Below, in pieces: positions 63,680 through 64,000 of a DNA stretch of 64,000 bases. The position numbers and the translations under genes are program-made. How positions within the stretch are numbered: position 1 is the first letter of the stretch; each line of letters opens with the position of its first letter. The notes under the pieces are model-generated. The model was not told the origin of the DNA. It saw only the letters and a list, made by a program, of their open reading frames with translations, and did no database searches. The DNA is from Alteromonadaceae bacterium (lineage in GTDB: Bacteria > Pseudomonadota > Gammaproteobacteria > Enterobacterales > Alteromonadaceae): positions 606-64,605 of the forward strand of contig JBELHI010000002.1 in the NCBI GenBank assembly GCA_042091475.1, read 5' to 3'.

Positions 63680-64000
63680 AATGGTTCCTAATACTATCGA
63701 GTTTCTAAATATAATATACGAATAAACCGACAAATAGCAGCTTTAACGGCGTGGATACAACACTATGATTATTCAAATTTACAGTGTTCGTTATTGTACG
63801 CCTGATACCGTTACATGAATTCCGCACGGCAACCACTAATCCATCAGACACCGAATGGTAAAACAATATGCTACCTATTCATAGTGCAATATCGTAAACA
63901 ATTTTCTAATGCGTCGATATCTACTATCGCCAAGAGTATTTTTGTCTAACTATGCACCGTTAGGGCACCACTTTGTAGTAATTCGTCGAGCACTTGGTTC

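Noticed and set aside
63950-64000. Minus-strand reading frame entering from the right edge (…EPSARRITTKWCPNGA-stop).
   Set aside because: Only 16 codons are visible, which is too short to call or identify.

Overview
This 64-kb window looks like core chromosome from an AT-rich marine gammaproteobacterium. Alteromonadales or Colwellia-like is only a guess from gene content and gene order. I count about 60 protein genes, and almost all are housekeeping. They sit in blocks that match E. coli gene order: yejK-yejL-yejM, rlmA, yciB-yciI, folM-folE, prfB-lysS, tkt-epd-pgk-fba, metK, rsmE-gshB-yqgE, ribF-ileS-lspA-fkpB-ispH, murJ/rpsT, oadGAB, and apt-dnaX-ybaB-recR-htpG-adk. Between these blocks are three methyl-accepting chemotaxis proteins, a TPR-GGDEF diguanylate cyclase, a prolyl oligopeptidase and a few small hypothetical proteins. 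I found no rRNA, tRNA, CRISPR array, transposase, integrase, phage gene or recognisable defence gene. By eye this is not a mobile or defence island. The most interesting signal is at 41.17-43.9 kb. Four heptamers with exact 11-bp phasing, resembling Pho boxes, sit directly upstream of a PlcP/LpxH2-like metallophosphoesterase. An OlsF-like two-domain acyltransferase follows it. Together they could form a phosphate-starvation lipid-remodelling cassette. Smaller observations include an A9 slippery run in dnaX with stops close by in both alternative frames, and the classical prfB +1 frameshift site. An in-frame TGA splits a membrane-protein ORF inside a hydrophobic helix, and a hypothetical gene may be frameshifted at an A6 tract. 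There is also a candidate GlyGly-CTERM sorting signal, sigma-32-type promoters for ibpA and htpG with a ROSE-like SD hairpin on ibpA, tandem MetJ boxes upstream of metK, and a small XRE-plus-membrane-protein operon with repeated candidate operators. All functional calls come from reading the translations and recalling family motifs. No database search was run.
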